Assembly: GCA_964649335.1 (NCBI GenBank)
Contig: CAZYPI010000005.1
Span: forward strand, 1-37,403
DNA: 37,403 nt
From: an uncultured Rikenellaceae bacterium
Lineage (GTDB): Bacteria > Bacteroidota > Bacteroidia > Bacteroidales > VadinHA17
Reading direction: 5' to 3'
The notes under the pieces were generated by a model. It searched no databases and was not told the DNA's origin. It saw nothing but the letters and a program-made list of their open reading frames with translations. The stretch's first letter is position 1. The number at the start of each line of letters is the position of its first letter. This document shows positions 6,636 through 16,322 of the stretch, piece after piece. Both the position numbers and the translations under genes were made by a program.

Positions 6636-9059
6636 CTATTCTTTTTCTTTTTTAATGCGCATACCGTAGAATGACTTATAGACAAAAGCCAGGCCGAAGA
6701 GGAACAGCAACCCTCCGATCAGGATGGTCCAGTCGAAAGTGCCGGCACTATGCGCATTCATACGCATATGTACGGCGATCTCCACGGCCAGCAGGCCGAA
6801 CAGGGTGGAAAATTTAATGATGGGGTTCATGGCCACCGAGGAAGTGTCTTTGTAGGGATCCCCTACGGTATCACCCACCACCGTTGCTTCATGCAGCGGC
6901 GTGCCCTTCTCCCGCAGATCCACCTCCACGATCTTCTTGGCATTGTCCCATGATCCTCCCGCATTGGCCATATATATGGCCTGGAACAAACCGAATACGG
7001 CCAGCGAGATCAGATAAGAAACGAAGAAGTTGGGATCGAAAAAGGCAAAGGCCAGCGTCAGTGAGAAGATCACGGCAAAGACATTCCACATGCCGTTCTG
7101 GGCATACTTGGTACAGATTTTAACCACCGATTTGGAGTCCTCAATGCTCGATTCTTCCAGGTCGAGGTTGATGTTCTTTTTGATAAACTCGGTGGCGCGG
7201 TAGGCCCCGGTGGTGACGGCCTGCAGGGAGGCCCCCGTAAACCAGTAGATCACCAGTCCGCCGGTGATAAAGCCCAGTACCACCTGGGGATCCAGCAGCT
7301 CCAGTTGCAACAGTCCCAGCTTTTTCAGCAGCAGGATAATGGCAAAGATCATGGTGGTAGCGCCGATCACCGCGGTGCCGATCAACACCGGTTTGGCGGT
7401 AGCCTTGAAAGTGTTGCCGGCCGAGTCGTTGGACTCCAGGTAATATTTCCCTCTTTCGAAGTCGGGTTTGAACCCGAAATCTTTTTCTATCTCCTGTTCT
7501 ATGTTATCCAGTTTTTCGATACGGGAAAGTTCGAACACCGACTGGGCGTTGTCCGTCACGGGGCCGAAACTGTCCACGGCGATGGTCACCGGCCCCATGC
7601 CGAGAAAACCGAACGCCACCAGCCCGAAAGCAAACACCGCCGGGTAGATCATAATGCCATCCAGTCCGAGGGTGCTGATAAAAAAGGCCAGGGCCATGAG
7701 CGCCACAATGGTGATCCCTTCCCAGAAGGCCGAGAAATTACCGGATACCAGTCCGGAGAGGATGGTCAGGGAAGCGCCCCCTTCGCGGGAGGCCGTAACG
7801 ATCTCCTTCACGTGACGTGAGTTGGGAGAGGTAAACACCTTGGTCAGCTCGGGGATCAGGGCAGCCGCCAGGGTGCCCACACTGATAATGGTGGAGAGCT
7901 TCCACCAGAGGCCGGTGAGCACCATACCGTTCTCAAGCCGTATATCCCCGCCGATCAGGAAATAACTGACCAGATAGGTGCTGAGGATGGAGACGAAAGA
8001 GGTGATCCAGATCAGCGTGGTCAGAGGGGCTTCAAAGTTATAGTCGGTGGCTTTGCCGTACTTGGCTTTGCCGTACATATCGTTGATCCAGTAGGATACC
8101 AGCGAGGTGATCACCATCATGATACGCATGACGAATATCCAGACGATCAGGTTGGCCTGAAACTCGCTACCCACCACGGCCAGCACAATGAAAGAGATCA
8201 GCGCCACGCCGGTGACCCCGTAGGTCTCAAAACCGTCGGCGGTGGGGCCGACGCTGTCGCCGGCGTTATCCCCCGTACAGTCGGCGATCACGCCGGGGTT
8301 TCTCGGGTCATCTTCCGGCAGGTTAAAGACGATCTTCATTAGGTCGGCTCCGATATCGGCGATCTTGGTGAAGATGCCGCCGGCCACACGCAGGGCGCTG
8401 GCCCCCAGCGACTCCCCGATGGCAAAACCGATGAAACTGGCTCCGGCACTGTCTCGCGGCACAAACAACAGAATGAAGATCATCATGAACAACTCGACCG
8501 TCACCAGCAACACCCCCACGCTCATCCCCGAACGCAACGGGATGGCCGTCACATCCCAGGGATGCTTCTTCAGCGAGGCAAAAGAGGTGCGGCTGTTGGC
8601 CAAAGTGTTGATACGGATGCCAAACCAGGCCACACCGTAAGATCCGGCAATACCGATAACGGTCCATAAAATAACCATCAGAACTTTCGGTATGGGCATA
8701 TGACTCAGCCCGAAGAAATAATAGAAAATAGCCACAGACACAATCCCCAGCAGGATCAACAAAAACTTGCCTTGCTGCAGCAAATAGGTCTTGCAGGTTT
8801 CATAGATAATGGCCGAGACATGCAACATGGCCTTGTGTGCCGGGATCTTTTTGATCTTTGCATAGGTCCAGATCCCGAAGACCCAGCCGAAGATCACAAA
8901 AATCAACCCGTAAAACAACAGGTCCCAACCGTCAGCACCTCCCAGCTTCGGGAAAACACTTTCACGCATGTCCGGGATCTTCAGATCGGCCTCACTGGCC
9001 AGGGACATAAATGGAATGAACAAAAAGAATAGCAGGCCTGAAAAAACTCTCTTTTTCAT
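6636..9059 (-). CDS. hppA: Membrane-bound ion-translocating pyrophosphatase, divergent (probably Na+-regulated H+-PPase) clade
   Basis: GGIFTKIADIGADL, EDDPRNPGVIADCTGDNAGD, GPVTDNAQ, GNTFKATAK, GGSWDNAKK and GDTVGDPYKDTS motifs; many transmembrane segments; 807 aa. Confidence 0.95.
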   Translation of the reverse strand: MKKRVFSGLLFFLFIPFMSLASEADLKIPDMRESVFPKLGGADGWDLLFYGLIFVIFGWVFGIWTYAKIKKIPAHKAMLHVSAIIYETCKTYLLQQGKFLLILLGIVSVAIFYYFFGLSHMPIPKVLMVILWTVIGIAGSYGVAWFGIRINTLANSRTSFASLKKHPWDVTAIPLRSGMSVGVLLVTVELFMMIFILLFVPRDSAGASFIGFAIGESLGASALRVAGGIFTKIADIGADLMKIVFNLPEDDPRNPGVIADCTGDNAGDSVGPTADGFETYGVTGVALISFIVLAVVGSEFQANLIVWIFVMRIMMVITSLVSYWINDMYGKAKYGKATDYNFEAPLTTLIWITSFVSILSTYLVSYFLIGGDIRLENGMVLTGLWWKLSTIISVGTLAAALIPELTKVFTSPNSRHVKEIVTASREGGASLTILSGLVSGNFSAFWEGITIVALMALAFFISTLGLDGIMIYPAVFAFGLVAFGFLGMGPVTIAVDSFGPVTDNAQSVFELSRIEKLDNIEQEIEKDFGFKPDFERGKYYLESNDSAGNTFKATAKPVLIGTAVIGATTMIFAIILLLKKLGLLQLELLDPQVVLGFITGGLVIYWFTGASLQAVTTGAYRATEFIKKNINLDLEESSIEDSKSVVKICTKYAQNGMWNVFAVIFSLTLAFAFFDPNFFVSYLISLAVFGLFQAIYMANAGGSWDNAKKIVEVDLREKGTPLHEATVVGDTVGDPYKDTSSVAMNPIIKFSTLFGLLAVEIAVHMRMNAHSAGTFDWTILIGGLLFLFGLAFVYKSFYGMRIKKEKE

Positions 9060-9115
9060 AATGATAAGGTTTTAATTATTCATAACAAAAAGTCTTCACA
9101 TCCGTTTTATTGCCA

Positions 9116-9123
9116 CAAATATA
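9116..9123 (-). promoter_or_regulatory. -7 promoter box for hppA
   Basis: CAAATATA on the plus strand is TATATTTG on the minus strand, 56 nt upstream of the start codon. Confidence 0.6.
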
Positions 9124-9279
9124 AATTTTCTGAAATACGAAACACCTTATTTGTATCATGATTTTAAAAAATTCCGGCCTTCTCCGTAAAAAGTTTTAGT
9201 AAATATAAAAATAGTGTATGATTATTGATAAAATTTTGTTATTTTAATCACGTGAAAAACGGCCCTAAAATACAACATA

Positions 9280-10572
9280 ATGAAAAAACGCATATTATCC
9301 GGAAAATGGTTCTTCCTGATGCTGGTCTTTGCTTTGCCACAGGCCCACCTGAAGGGAAAGACTTTGTCCCTTACAACACAGAATGACACCCTGTCGTTTA
9401 TAAAACTGGAGGGGCTTGTGGTCAATGCTTCTTCTGAGAAGCCGGTAATTTTTGCCTCTGTCTTTATCGAAGGGACACATATCGGAACGGTAACCAATAC
9501 GGAAGGCCGTTTCCTGCTGAAGGTCCCCATAGAATATGAAAACAACAAAATCGGCTTCAGCAGTCTGGGGTACAAGCAGAAATTTCTGCCGGTAGCGGCG
9601 CTGAAAGACATCCGGAGGACCGTCCGCCTGGAGCCGGATCTCATCCCGATCCCTGCCGTAGTCGTACACAACATGGATCCGGTAAAGCTGCTGAAAGAGG
9701 CCATGACCAGGGTGCCGGACAATTACAGCAACGATCCGGCCATGATAACGGCTTTCTACCGGGAGACGGTGAAAAGAGGGTCTTCCCGCTACCTCTCCGT
9801 GGGCGAGGCAGTGCTGGATGTGTACAAGGCCTCATACAGCAACAACCTGGATATGGACAAGGTTTCCGTGTACAAGGGAAGAAAAGCCATCTATGTTAAG
9901 AAGGAGGACACTCTGATGGTAAAACTGCAGGGAGGTCCCGTCACGGCATTTTTCCTCGACCTGGCTAAAAACCCCGGAGATCTTCTCAACAGGTATGCTT
10001 TCGATTATTACGATTACAGCATGGGAGGCCGGGTCAAAATTGACGGCCGCACCATGTATGTGATCCATTTTGACCAGAAAGACACGGTATCCGTCCCCTT
10101 GTACCGGGGAACCATCTATCTCGACACCAGCACCCTGGCCATCGTACAGGCAGAGTATGAGATCAGCCCGAAACAGATCGGCAAGGCGGCAAAATACCTT
10201 ATTCTGAAAAAACCCGCCCGTTTGCATGTGGATGTGCTGAGTGCCGCCTATCTGGTAAAATACAGACACCTCGACGGTAAATGGGTGCTCAACTACATGC
10301 GTCTGGAAAACCGTTTTCGCACCAAATGGGCGAAAAAACTGTTCCGGTCGACCTATACCATTCTCTCCGAAGCGGCTGTTACGGATATAGATTATAAAAA
10401 TATTAAAAAACCAAAATACAGGGAAAGATTCAAATGGAGCGATATCTTTACCGACCAGGTCAGTGCTTTTGAAGATCCCGATTTCTGGGGGCCCAATAAC
10501 GTGATCCAGCCCGAAGAGACCATCCAGTCGGCTATTCAGAAAATCAGCCGGAAACTTAAAAGACATGAATAG
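9280..10572 (+). CDS. Exported carboxypeptidase-like regulatory domain-containing protein
   Basis: Signal peptide; G-x-V-V-N...PVIFASV...GTVTNTEGRF...SLGY pattern of CarboxypepD_reg-like domains; C-terminal region typical of this Bacteroidota family. Confidence 0.8.
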   Translation: MKKRILSGKWFFLMLVFALPQAHLKGKTLSLTTQNDTLSFIKLEGLVVNASSEKPVIFASVFIEGTHIGTVTNTEGRFLLKVPIEYENNKIGFSSLGYKQKFLPVAALKDIRRTVRLEPDLIPIPAVVVHNMDPVKLLKEAMTRVPDNYSNDPAMITAFYRETVKRGSSRYLSVGEAVLDVYKASYSNNLDMDKVSVYKGRKAIYVKKEDTLMVKLQGGPVTAFFLDLAKNPGDLLNRYAFDYYDYSMGGRVKIDGRTMYVIHFDQKDTVSVPLYRGTIYLDTSTLAIVQAEYEISPKQIGKAAKYLILKKPARLHVDVLSAAYLVKYRHLDGKWVLNYMRLENRFRTKWAKKLFRSTYTILSEAAVTDIDYKNIKKPKYRERFKWSDIFTDQVSAFEDPDFWGPNNVIQPEETIQSAIQKISRKLKRHE

Positions 10573-10640
10573 TTTGGACAGCAGCAGATCACCCGCCTGC
10601 GACTGAACACTCTTTATACTCTTTGTGTATAATTTTACAT

Positions 10641-10667
10641 AATACCCCCTCTGACAGAGGGGGTATT
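10641..10667. promoter_or_regulatory. Perfect 13-bp-arm palindrome (candidate operator, or terminator of the upstream gene)
   Basis: AATACCCCCTCTG-A-CAGAGGGGGTATT. Confidence 0.6.
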
Positions 10668-10695
10668 TAAATTTTTTTCAACAATTTGTCATTTT

Positions 10696-10740
10696 TACCC
10701 CCTCTTGTTTGGAGGGTGTTTTTATTTTTATGTACATTTG
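10696..10740 (+). promoter_or_regulatory. glnA promoter (-33/-7), with a second palindrome straddling the -33 box
   Basis: TTTG (10708-10711), 21-nt spacer, TACATTTG (10733-10740). The palindrome TACCCCCTC-N7-GAGGGTGTT spans 10696-10720. Confidence 0.75.
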
Positions 10741-10762
10741 TCCGGATTTTAAAATTTTTATC

Positions 10763-12952
10763 ATGGCACAATTCAGAACCATTGCATTTCAGGAAGTATT
10801 AAAAAGGAAGCCCCAAAAAGTGGAGGCACCCTCCAATGAAGTAACCGTTTATTTCGGTTCGAATGTTTTTGATCTGGTAAAGATGCAGAAGTATCTTTCG
10901 CGAGAAGCCTACAAAAGTGTCCGTCGGGCCATCCGTGAGGGCAGACATATCGACCGCAGGATGGCCGATCAGGTGGCTGCCGGGATGAAAGACTGGGCCA
11001 TCGACAACGGCGCCACGCATTACACCCACTGGTTTCATCCCCTCACCGACGGCACCGCCGAAAAGCATGACGGGTTCATCGACTTCGGCGATTTCGGCGT
11101 TGTGGAGAACTTCTCCGGCGAGTTGCTGGTGCAGCAGGAACCCGACGCTTCCAGTTTCCCCAGCGGCGGCATACGCAACACTTTCGAGGCACGCGGCTAT
11201 ACCGCCTGGGATGTCTCCTCGCCGGCTTTTCTGGTGGGCACCACACTATGTATCCCCACCGTCTTTGTATCCTACACCGGCGAAGCCCTCGACTACAAAG
11301 CCCCCCTGCTGCGGGCCCTCAGTATCCTCGACAAAGCGGCCGTGGATGTGTGCCACTACTTTGACAAAAACGTGGGAAAAGTATATGCCACCCTGGGCTG
11401 GGAGCAGGAATATTTTCTGATAGACGACGCTTTTTACAATGCCCGTCCCGACCTGATCCTCACGGGCAGGACCCTGGTGGGCCACCAGTCGTCCAAAGAC
11501 CAGCAACTGGACGATCATTATTTCAGTTCGATCCCCGAGCGGGTAAAAGCTTTCATGGAAGATTTCGAGATTGAAGCTTACAAACTGGGAATCCCAGTAA
11601 AGACCCGGCATAACGAAGTGGCCCCCAATCAATTCGAATGTGCACCCATCTTCGAGGAGGTCAACCTGGCCAACGACCATAACCAGATCATCATGGACCT
11701 GATGAAAAGGGTGGCCCGCAACCACAACTTCCGGGTTCTGTTCCATGAGAAACCTTTTGCCGGCATCAACGGCTCGGGAAAACACAATAACTGGTCGCTG
11801 GCTACGGATACGGGTGTCAACCTCTTATCCCCGGGGAAAAACCCGATGGGCAATCTGCAGTTCCTCACTTTCCTGGTGAACGTCATCAAAACCGTTCATG
11901 ACAACCAGGACCTGCTGCGCGCTTCCATCCTGACGGCCGGCAACTCTCACCGCTTAGGGGCCAACGAAGCACCCCCGGCCATCCTCTCCATCTTCCTGGG
12001 GTCCACCCTCTCGCATATCCTTGACGACCTGGAGAAAAATGTCCCCAACAATAAAATGACCCCCGAAGAAAAAACCGAACTCAAACTGGGCATCGGCAAG
12101 ATCCCGGAGATCCTCCTGGACAATACCGACAGGAACCGAACTTCACCATTTGCTTTTACCGGAAACCGGTTTGAGTTCCGTGCCGTAGGCTCCAGCGCCA
12201 ACTGCGCCGCCCCCATGATCATCCTCAACGGCGCCCTGGCTTATCAGCTGAAAGAATTTAAAAAGGAAGTGGACGGCCTGATCGAAAAGAAAAACCTGAA
12301 AAAAGACGAAGCCATTTTCCAGGTGATCCGGAAATATATCGCCGACTCGAAAAAAATACTTTTCGAAGGAGATAATTACAGCGATGACTGGAAAAAAGAA
12401 GCGGAGAAACGAGGCCTGTCCAATATCACAAGTGTCCCCGATTCGCTGGCCAAATACCTGACCCCGCAGGCCAAAAAGGTGCTGATCGACAACGGTATCT
12501 TCGACGAACGTGAACTGGAAGGCCGTGTGGAGGTGGAATATGAAAAATTCACCAAAAAGATACAGATCGAAGCCCGTGTGCTCGGCGACCTGGTGATCAA
12601 CCACATCGTGCCGACTGCCGTGGAGTATCAAAACACCCTGATCGCGAATGTAAAAGGCCTGAAAGAACTCTTCCCGGAAGACGAGTTCAATGATCAGGCC
12701 GGCCACCGCCTCGAAATCATCAAAGAGATCTCCCGCCACGTATCCATAATCAAAAACAAAGTGACCGAGATGGTCAATGCCCGGAAAGTGGCCAACAAAA
12801 TAGAAGATGAGGTGGAAAAAGCCTATGCTTATGACAAAACGGTCAAACCTTTCCTCGATGAGATCCGGTACCACGTGGACAAACTGGAGCTGATCGTGGA
12901 TGATGAACTGTGGCCCCTGCCCAAATACCGGGAGATTCTGTTCACCCGGTAA
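10763..12952 (+). CDS. glnA: Glutamine synthetase type III
   Basis: GATHYTHWFHPLT, QEPDASSFPSGG, GWEQEYFL, HNEVAPNQFE, HEKPFAGINGSGKH, HRLGANEAPP and NRFEFR motifs. Start moved to ATG 10763, downstream of the promoter; 729 aa. Confidence 0.96.
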   Translation: MAQFRTIAFQEVLKRKPQKVEAPSNEVTVYFGSNVFDLVKMQKYLSREAYKSVRRAIREGRHIDRRMADQVAAGMKDWAIDNGATHYTHWFHPLTDGTAEKHDGFIDFGDFGVVENFSGELLVQQEPDASSFPSGGIRNTFEARGYTAWDVSSPAFLVGTTLCIPTVFVSYTGEALDYKAPLLRALSILDKAAVDVCHYFDKNVGKVYATLGWEQEYFLIDDAFYNARPDLILTGRTLVGHQSSKDQQLDDHYFSSIPERVKAFMEDFEIEAYKLGIPVKTRHNEVAPNQFECAPIFEEVNLANDHNQIIMDLMKRVARNHNFRVLFHEKPFAGINGSGKHNNWSLATDTGVNLLSPGKNPMGNLQFLTFLVNVIKTVHDNQDLLRASILTAGNSHRLGANEAPPAILSIFLGSTLSHILDDLEKNVPNNKMTPEEKTELKLGIGKIPEILLDNTDRNRTSPFAFTGNRFEFRAVGSSANCAAPMIILNGALAYQLKEFKKEVDGLIEKKNLKKDEAIFQVIRKYIADSKKILFEGDNYSDDWKKEAEKRGLSNITSVPDSLAKYLTPQAKKVLIDNGIFDERELEGRVEVEYEKFTKKIQIEARVLGDLVINHIVPTAVEYQNTLIANVKGLKELFPEDEFNDQAGHRLEIIKEISRHVSIIKNKVTEMVNARKVANKIEDEVEKAYAYDKTVKPFLDEIRYHVDKLELIVDDELWPLPKYREILFTR

Positions 12953-13003
12953 AAAACAATTTACGGAAATAGCGTCCGTAGCTATTGGTTTTATGGTTAG
13001 TAG

Positions 13004-13040
13004 AAAAGTTGTTCCGGAAATTCCGGGACAACTTTTTTTT
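13004..13040 (+). terminator. Intrinsic terminator of glnA
   Basis: AAAAGTTGTTCCGGA-AAT-TCCGGGACAACTTTT followed by further T residues. Confidence 0.85.
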
Positions 13041-13087
13041 GCCCCGAAAAAATATTTACTTTTATAACCTCGTTGTAAGGCTATGTT

Positions 13088-15070
13088 ATGAGAACATTTG
13101 CTTCTATACTGATCATTCTTTTTCTCGGCATGCCGGGGGTGTACGGACAGAAAAAGAAAATGGCCAAAGCCGAGGAGGCTTTGAAAGCAGGGGAGTATTA
13201 TGATGCCATCGATTTGTTCAAGGATGCCTATTCCTCTATCAAAAGCAAAGACACCAGGACGCAGGTTGTATATAAAATCGCAGAATGTTACCGGTTGATC
13301 GACGAGCCCGACAAGGCGGAGCTCTGGTATAAAAAAGCGATCAGCAGGGGGTATCAGGATCCTGTGGCTATCCTTCACTATGCGCGGCAACTGATGAAAA
13401 ACGGGAAATATGAGCAGGCCATCGAGGAGTTCAACAAATACAAACAGCTTGTCCCCAACGACCCGCGCAGTGCCGAGGGGATCAGGGCCTGTGACCTGGC
13501 CCTGAAATGGATGGAACAACCTACCGGCTACACCGTCGAGGAGGTACGTTCTTTTAACTCCCGCTTCAGCGACTACTCCCCGGCCTATGCCCGCGACGAC
13601 TACCAGGTGATCTATTTCACCTCGTCACGGGATGATGCTACGGGGAAAAAAATCCACGGAGCCACCGGCCAGAATTTTTCCGATATTTTTGTCACCAAAC
13701 GCGACAGAAAAGGCAAATGGAGCACCCCCGTGCCGCTGGAAGGAGATATCAATACCCCTGCCGAAGAAGGAACCCCCTCGTTCTCCGCCGATTACAACAC
13801 CATGTATTTCACCCGTTGTGAAATGGACAAACACCGCAAGCTGGGGTGTCGCATCATGGTTGCCAAAAAAGACGGCGAAGAGTGGGGCAAGCCCGAGCCT
13901 CTCAACCTGCTCGCCGACAGTCTGACAGAAGCCCACCCAGCCCTCTCGCCCGACGGACAGACCCTTTATTTTGTGTCCGACCGGCCCGGAGGTTTCGGGA
14001 AAAAAGATATCTGGCAAGTCACCGGCGGTGAAGGGGCCTGGGGAGAACCGGAAAACCTCGGTCCCGATATCAATACCGAAGGCAACGAGATGTTCCCTTA
14101 TGTGGATCACAACGGGGTACTCTATTTCTCCTCCGACGGCTGGCCCGGCATGGGCGGACTGGATATCTTCAGGGCCACCCGGGACAACAACGGCCGCTGG
14201 AAAGTGGAAAACCTCAAATATCCCTTAAACTCTCCCGCCGACGATTTCGGCATCATCATGCAGGATAAGGAAATCAAAGGGTACTTCTCCTCTTCCCGCA
14301 AACAGAGGACCTCCGACGATATCTACGCCTTTGTCCTTCCTCCCCTGAAGTTCAGTGTGATAGGTACCGTCCGTAACCTCCAGTCCGATGAGGTCATTCC
14401 TTACAGCCGCATAAAACTGATCGGCAGCGACGGCACCATCCTGCAGGACAGCACCAACGACAAAGGAACCTTCCGCTTTATGCTGAAACCCAATACCGAT
14501 TACATCTTTATCGCCTCCAAAAAAGGCTACCTCAACGGCAAAAGCAAAGAGACCACCAAGGGCCTGAAAAAAAGCACGGAGCTGCGTACCACCATCCAAC
14601 TGGCTTCGATCGCCAAGCCCATCGAGATACCCAATATCTATTACGATTTCGGCAAGTGGGATTTGCGGCCCGAATCCATGGTGGCACTGGACCACCTGGT
14701 TGAAGTCCTGAACGACAATCCGAATATCGTCATCGAGCTGATGTCGCACACCGACTCGAGGGCTTCGGAGGAATACAACCTGAATCTGTCGCAGAAACGG
14801 GCCCAGGCCGTCGTGGACTACCTGATCAGCAAAGGGATTGACCCGAAACGCCTGATTGCCAAAGGGTACGGAGAGTCCCAGCCCAAAGTGGTGGACAAAA
14901 AACTGGCACAGCAATATCCTTTCCTGAAAGAAGGTACCGTCCTGGATGATAACTTCATCAACTCGCTGCAGGATGAAAACCAGAAGGAGATCTGCCACCA
15001 GATCAACCGTCGTACCGAATTCAAGGTTTTGCGGACCGATTTCCCGACGCAGGAGAACAGCAACAAGTAA
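13088..15070 (+). CDS. PorE-like OmpA-family protein (TPR + PD40 propeller + carboxypeptidase-regulatory-like + OmpA C-terminal peptidoglycan-binding domain)
   Basis: N-terminal TPRs; PD40 repeats (YFVSDRPGGFG, YFSSDGWPGMGGLDIF); NIYYDFGKWDLR, SHTDSR, NLSQKRAQAV and NRRTEF. Confidence 0.85.
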   Translation: MRTFASILIILFLGMPGVYGQKKKMAKAEEALKAGEYYDAIDLFKDAYSSIKSKDTRTQVVYKIAECYRLIDEPDKAELWYKKAISRGYQDPVAILHYARQLMKNGKYEQAIEEFNKYKQLVPNDPRSAEGIRACDLALKWMEQPTGYTVEEVRSFNSRFSDYSPAYARDDYQVIYFTSSRDDATGKKIHGATGQNFSDIFVTKRDRKGKWSTPVPLEGDINTPAEEGTPSFSADYNTMYFTRCEMDKHRKLGCRIMVAKKDGEEWGKPEPLNLLADSLTEAHPALSPDGQTLYFVSDRPGGFGKKDIWQVTGGEGAWGEPENLGPDINTEGNEMFPYVDHNGVLYFSSDGWPGMGGLDIFRATRDNNGRWKVENLKYPLNSPADDFGIIMQDKEIKGYFSSSRKQRTSDDIYAFVLPPLKFSVIGTVRNLQSDEVIPYSRIKLIGSDGTILQDSTNDKGTFRFMLKPNTDYIFIASKKGYLNGKSKETTKGLKKSTELRTTIQLASIAKPIEIPNIYYDFGKWDLRPESMVALDHLVEVLNDNPNIVIELMSHTDSRASEEYNLNLSQKRAQAVVDYLISKGIDPKRLIAKGYGESQPKVVDKKLAQQYPFLKEGTVLDDNFINSLQDENQKEICHQINRRTEFKVLRTDFPTQENSNK

Positions 15071-15075
15071 GATAT

Positions 15076-16248
15076 ATGGATGCGGAATCATCAAGATATG
15101 CCCGCCGGGGGGTCTCCTCGCAGAAGGAAGAGGTGCATGCCGCCATACGGAATGTAGATAAGGGTCTTTTCCCAAAAGCTTTCTGTAAGATCCTCCCGGA
15201 CCTGTTGGCCGGCGATGACCGGTGGTGCACCGTCATGCATGCCGACGGCGCCGGCACCAAATCGGTGCTGGCTTATCTCTACTGGAAAGAAACCGGCGAC
15301 CTGACGGTGTGGGAAGGCATCGCACAGGACGCTCTGGTGATGAACACCGACGACCTGTTGTGTGTCGGAGCAACCGGCAATATCCTGGTGTCTTCCACCA
15401 TAGGCCGCAACAAATCCCTCATCCCCGGAGAGGTCATCGCAGCCATCATCAACGGCACGGAAAAATTCCTCGCTTTCCTGCGCAGCCACGGAATAGAAGC
15501 CTATTCTTCCGGCGGCGAAACAGCCGACGTGGGCGACCTCGTCAGGACCATCATCGTCGACTCCACCGTCACTGCGCGCATGAAAAGAAAAGAGGTGATC
15601 ACCAACGAACGTATCGCCCCGGGAGATGTGATCGTCGGACTGGCCTCTTACGGGCAGGCCTCCTATGAAAACGGTTATAACAGCGGCATCGGCAGCAACG
15701 GCCTCACCTCCGCCCGCCATGATATCTTCCACCATGCCCTGGCGGAAAAATATCCCGAAGCCCGGGACCCCGCCATCCCCGGCGACCTGGTTTATTCAGG
15801 GAAATATGCCCTCACCGACCCCACCGGCGTGGAAGGCGTGGATATGGGACACCTGATCCTCTCGCCCACCCGGACTTACGCACCCGTAATACGTGAAATA
15901 TTACGCCGGTATCGCAGCGATATCCACGGAATGATCCATTGCACCGGCGGCGGACAAACCAAAGTGCTCCACTACGTGGACCGGTTACATATCATTAAAG
16001 ACAATCTCTTCCCGCTGCCGCCGGTGTTCCGTTATATCCGGGAAAGCTCCGGCACCCCCTGGAAAGAGATGTACCAGGTCTTCAATATGGGCCACCGTAT
16101 GGAGATCTATCTCCCCGAACAGACCGCCGGAGAGATCATCCGCATAGCAGACTCTTTTCACATAGAGGCCCGCATTGTCGGACATGTCGGGAGATCGGAA
16201 CAACGCCGCCTGACACTGGTCACCCCTTACGGGACATTCGATTATTAG
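15076..16248 (+). CDS. purM: Phosphoribosylformylglycinamidine cyclo-ligase (AIR synthase), Bacteroidota type
   Basis: RGVSSQKEEVH, HADGAGTKS, GGETADVGD, SNGLTSARH, HCTGGG and FNMGH motifs. Confidence 0.93.
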   Translation: MDAESSRYARRGVSSQKEEVHAAIRNVDKGLFPKAFCKILPDLLAGDDRWCTVMHADGAGTKSVLAYLYWKETGDLTVWEGIAQDALVMNTDDLLCVGATGNILVSSTIGRNKSLIPGEVIAAIINGTEKFLAFLRSHGIEAYSSGGETADVGDLVRTIIVDSTVTARMKRKEVITNERIAPGDVIVGLASYGQASYENGYNSGIGSNGLTSARHDIFHHALAEKYPEARDPAIPGDLVYSGKYALTDPTGVEGVDMGHLILSPTRTYAPVIREILRRYRSDIHGMIHCTGGGQTKVLHYVDRLHIIKDNLFPLPPVFRYIRESSGTPWKEMYQVFNMGHRMEIYLPEQTAGEIIRIADSFHIEARIVGHVGRSEQRRLTLVTPYGTFDY

Positions 16249-16288
16249 CTTCCTGTTCCAAAGGGCTCCCAAAGCCCTGTTTATTTTG

Positions 16289-16296
16289 TACCTTTG
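16289..16296 (+). promoter_or_regulatory. -7 promoter box for prfA
   Basis: TACCTTTG, 26 nt upstream of the ATG. Confidence 0.65.
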
Positions 16297-16322
16297 TGCC
16301 CTGAAAAAAGAAAGTAATCATT

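Noticed and set aside
10709-10762. ORF-track N-terminal extension of glnA from TTG 10709
   Set aside because: That TTG is part of the -33 box, and the -7 box lies downstream of it. ATG 10763 is the plausible start.
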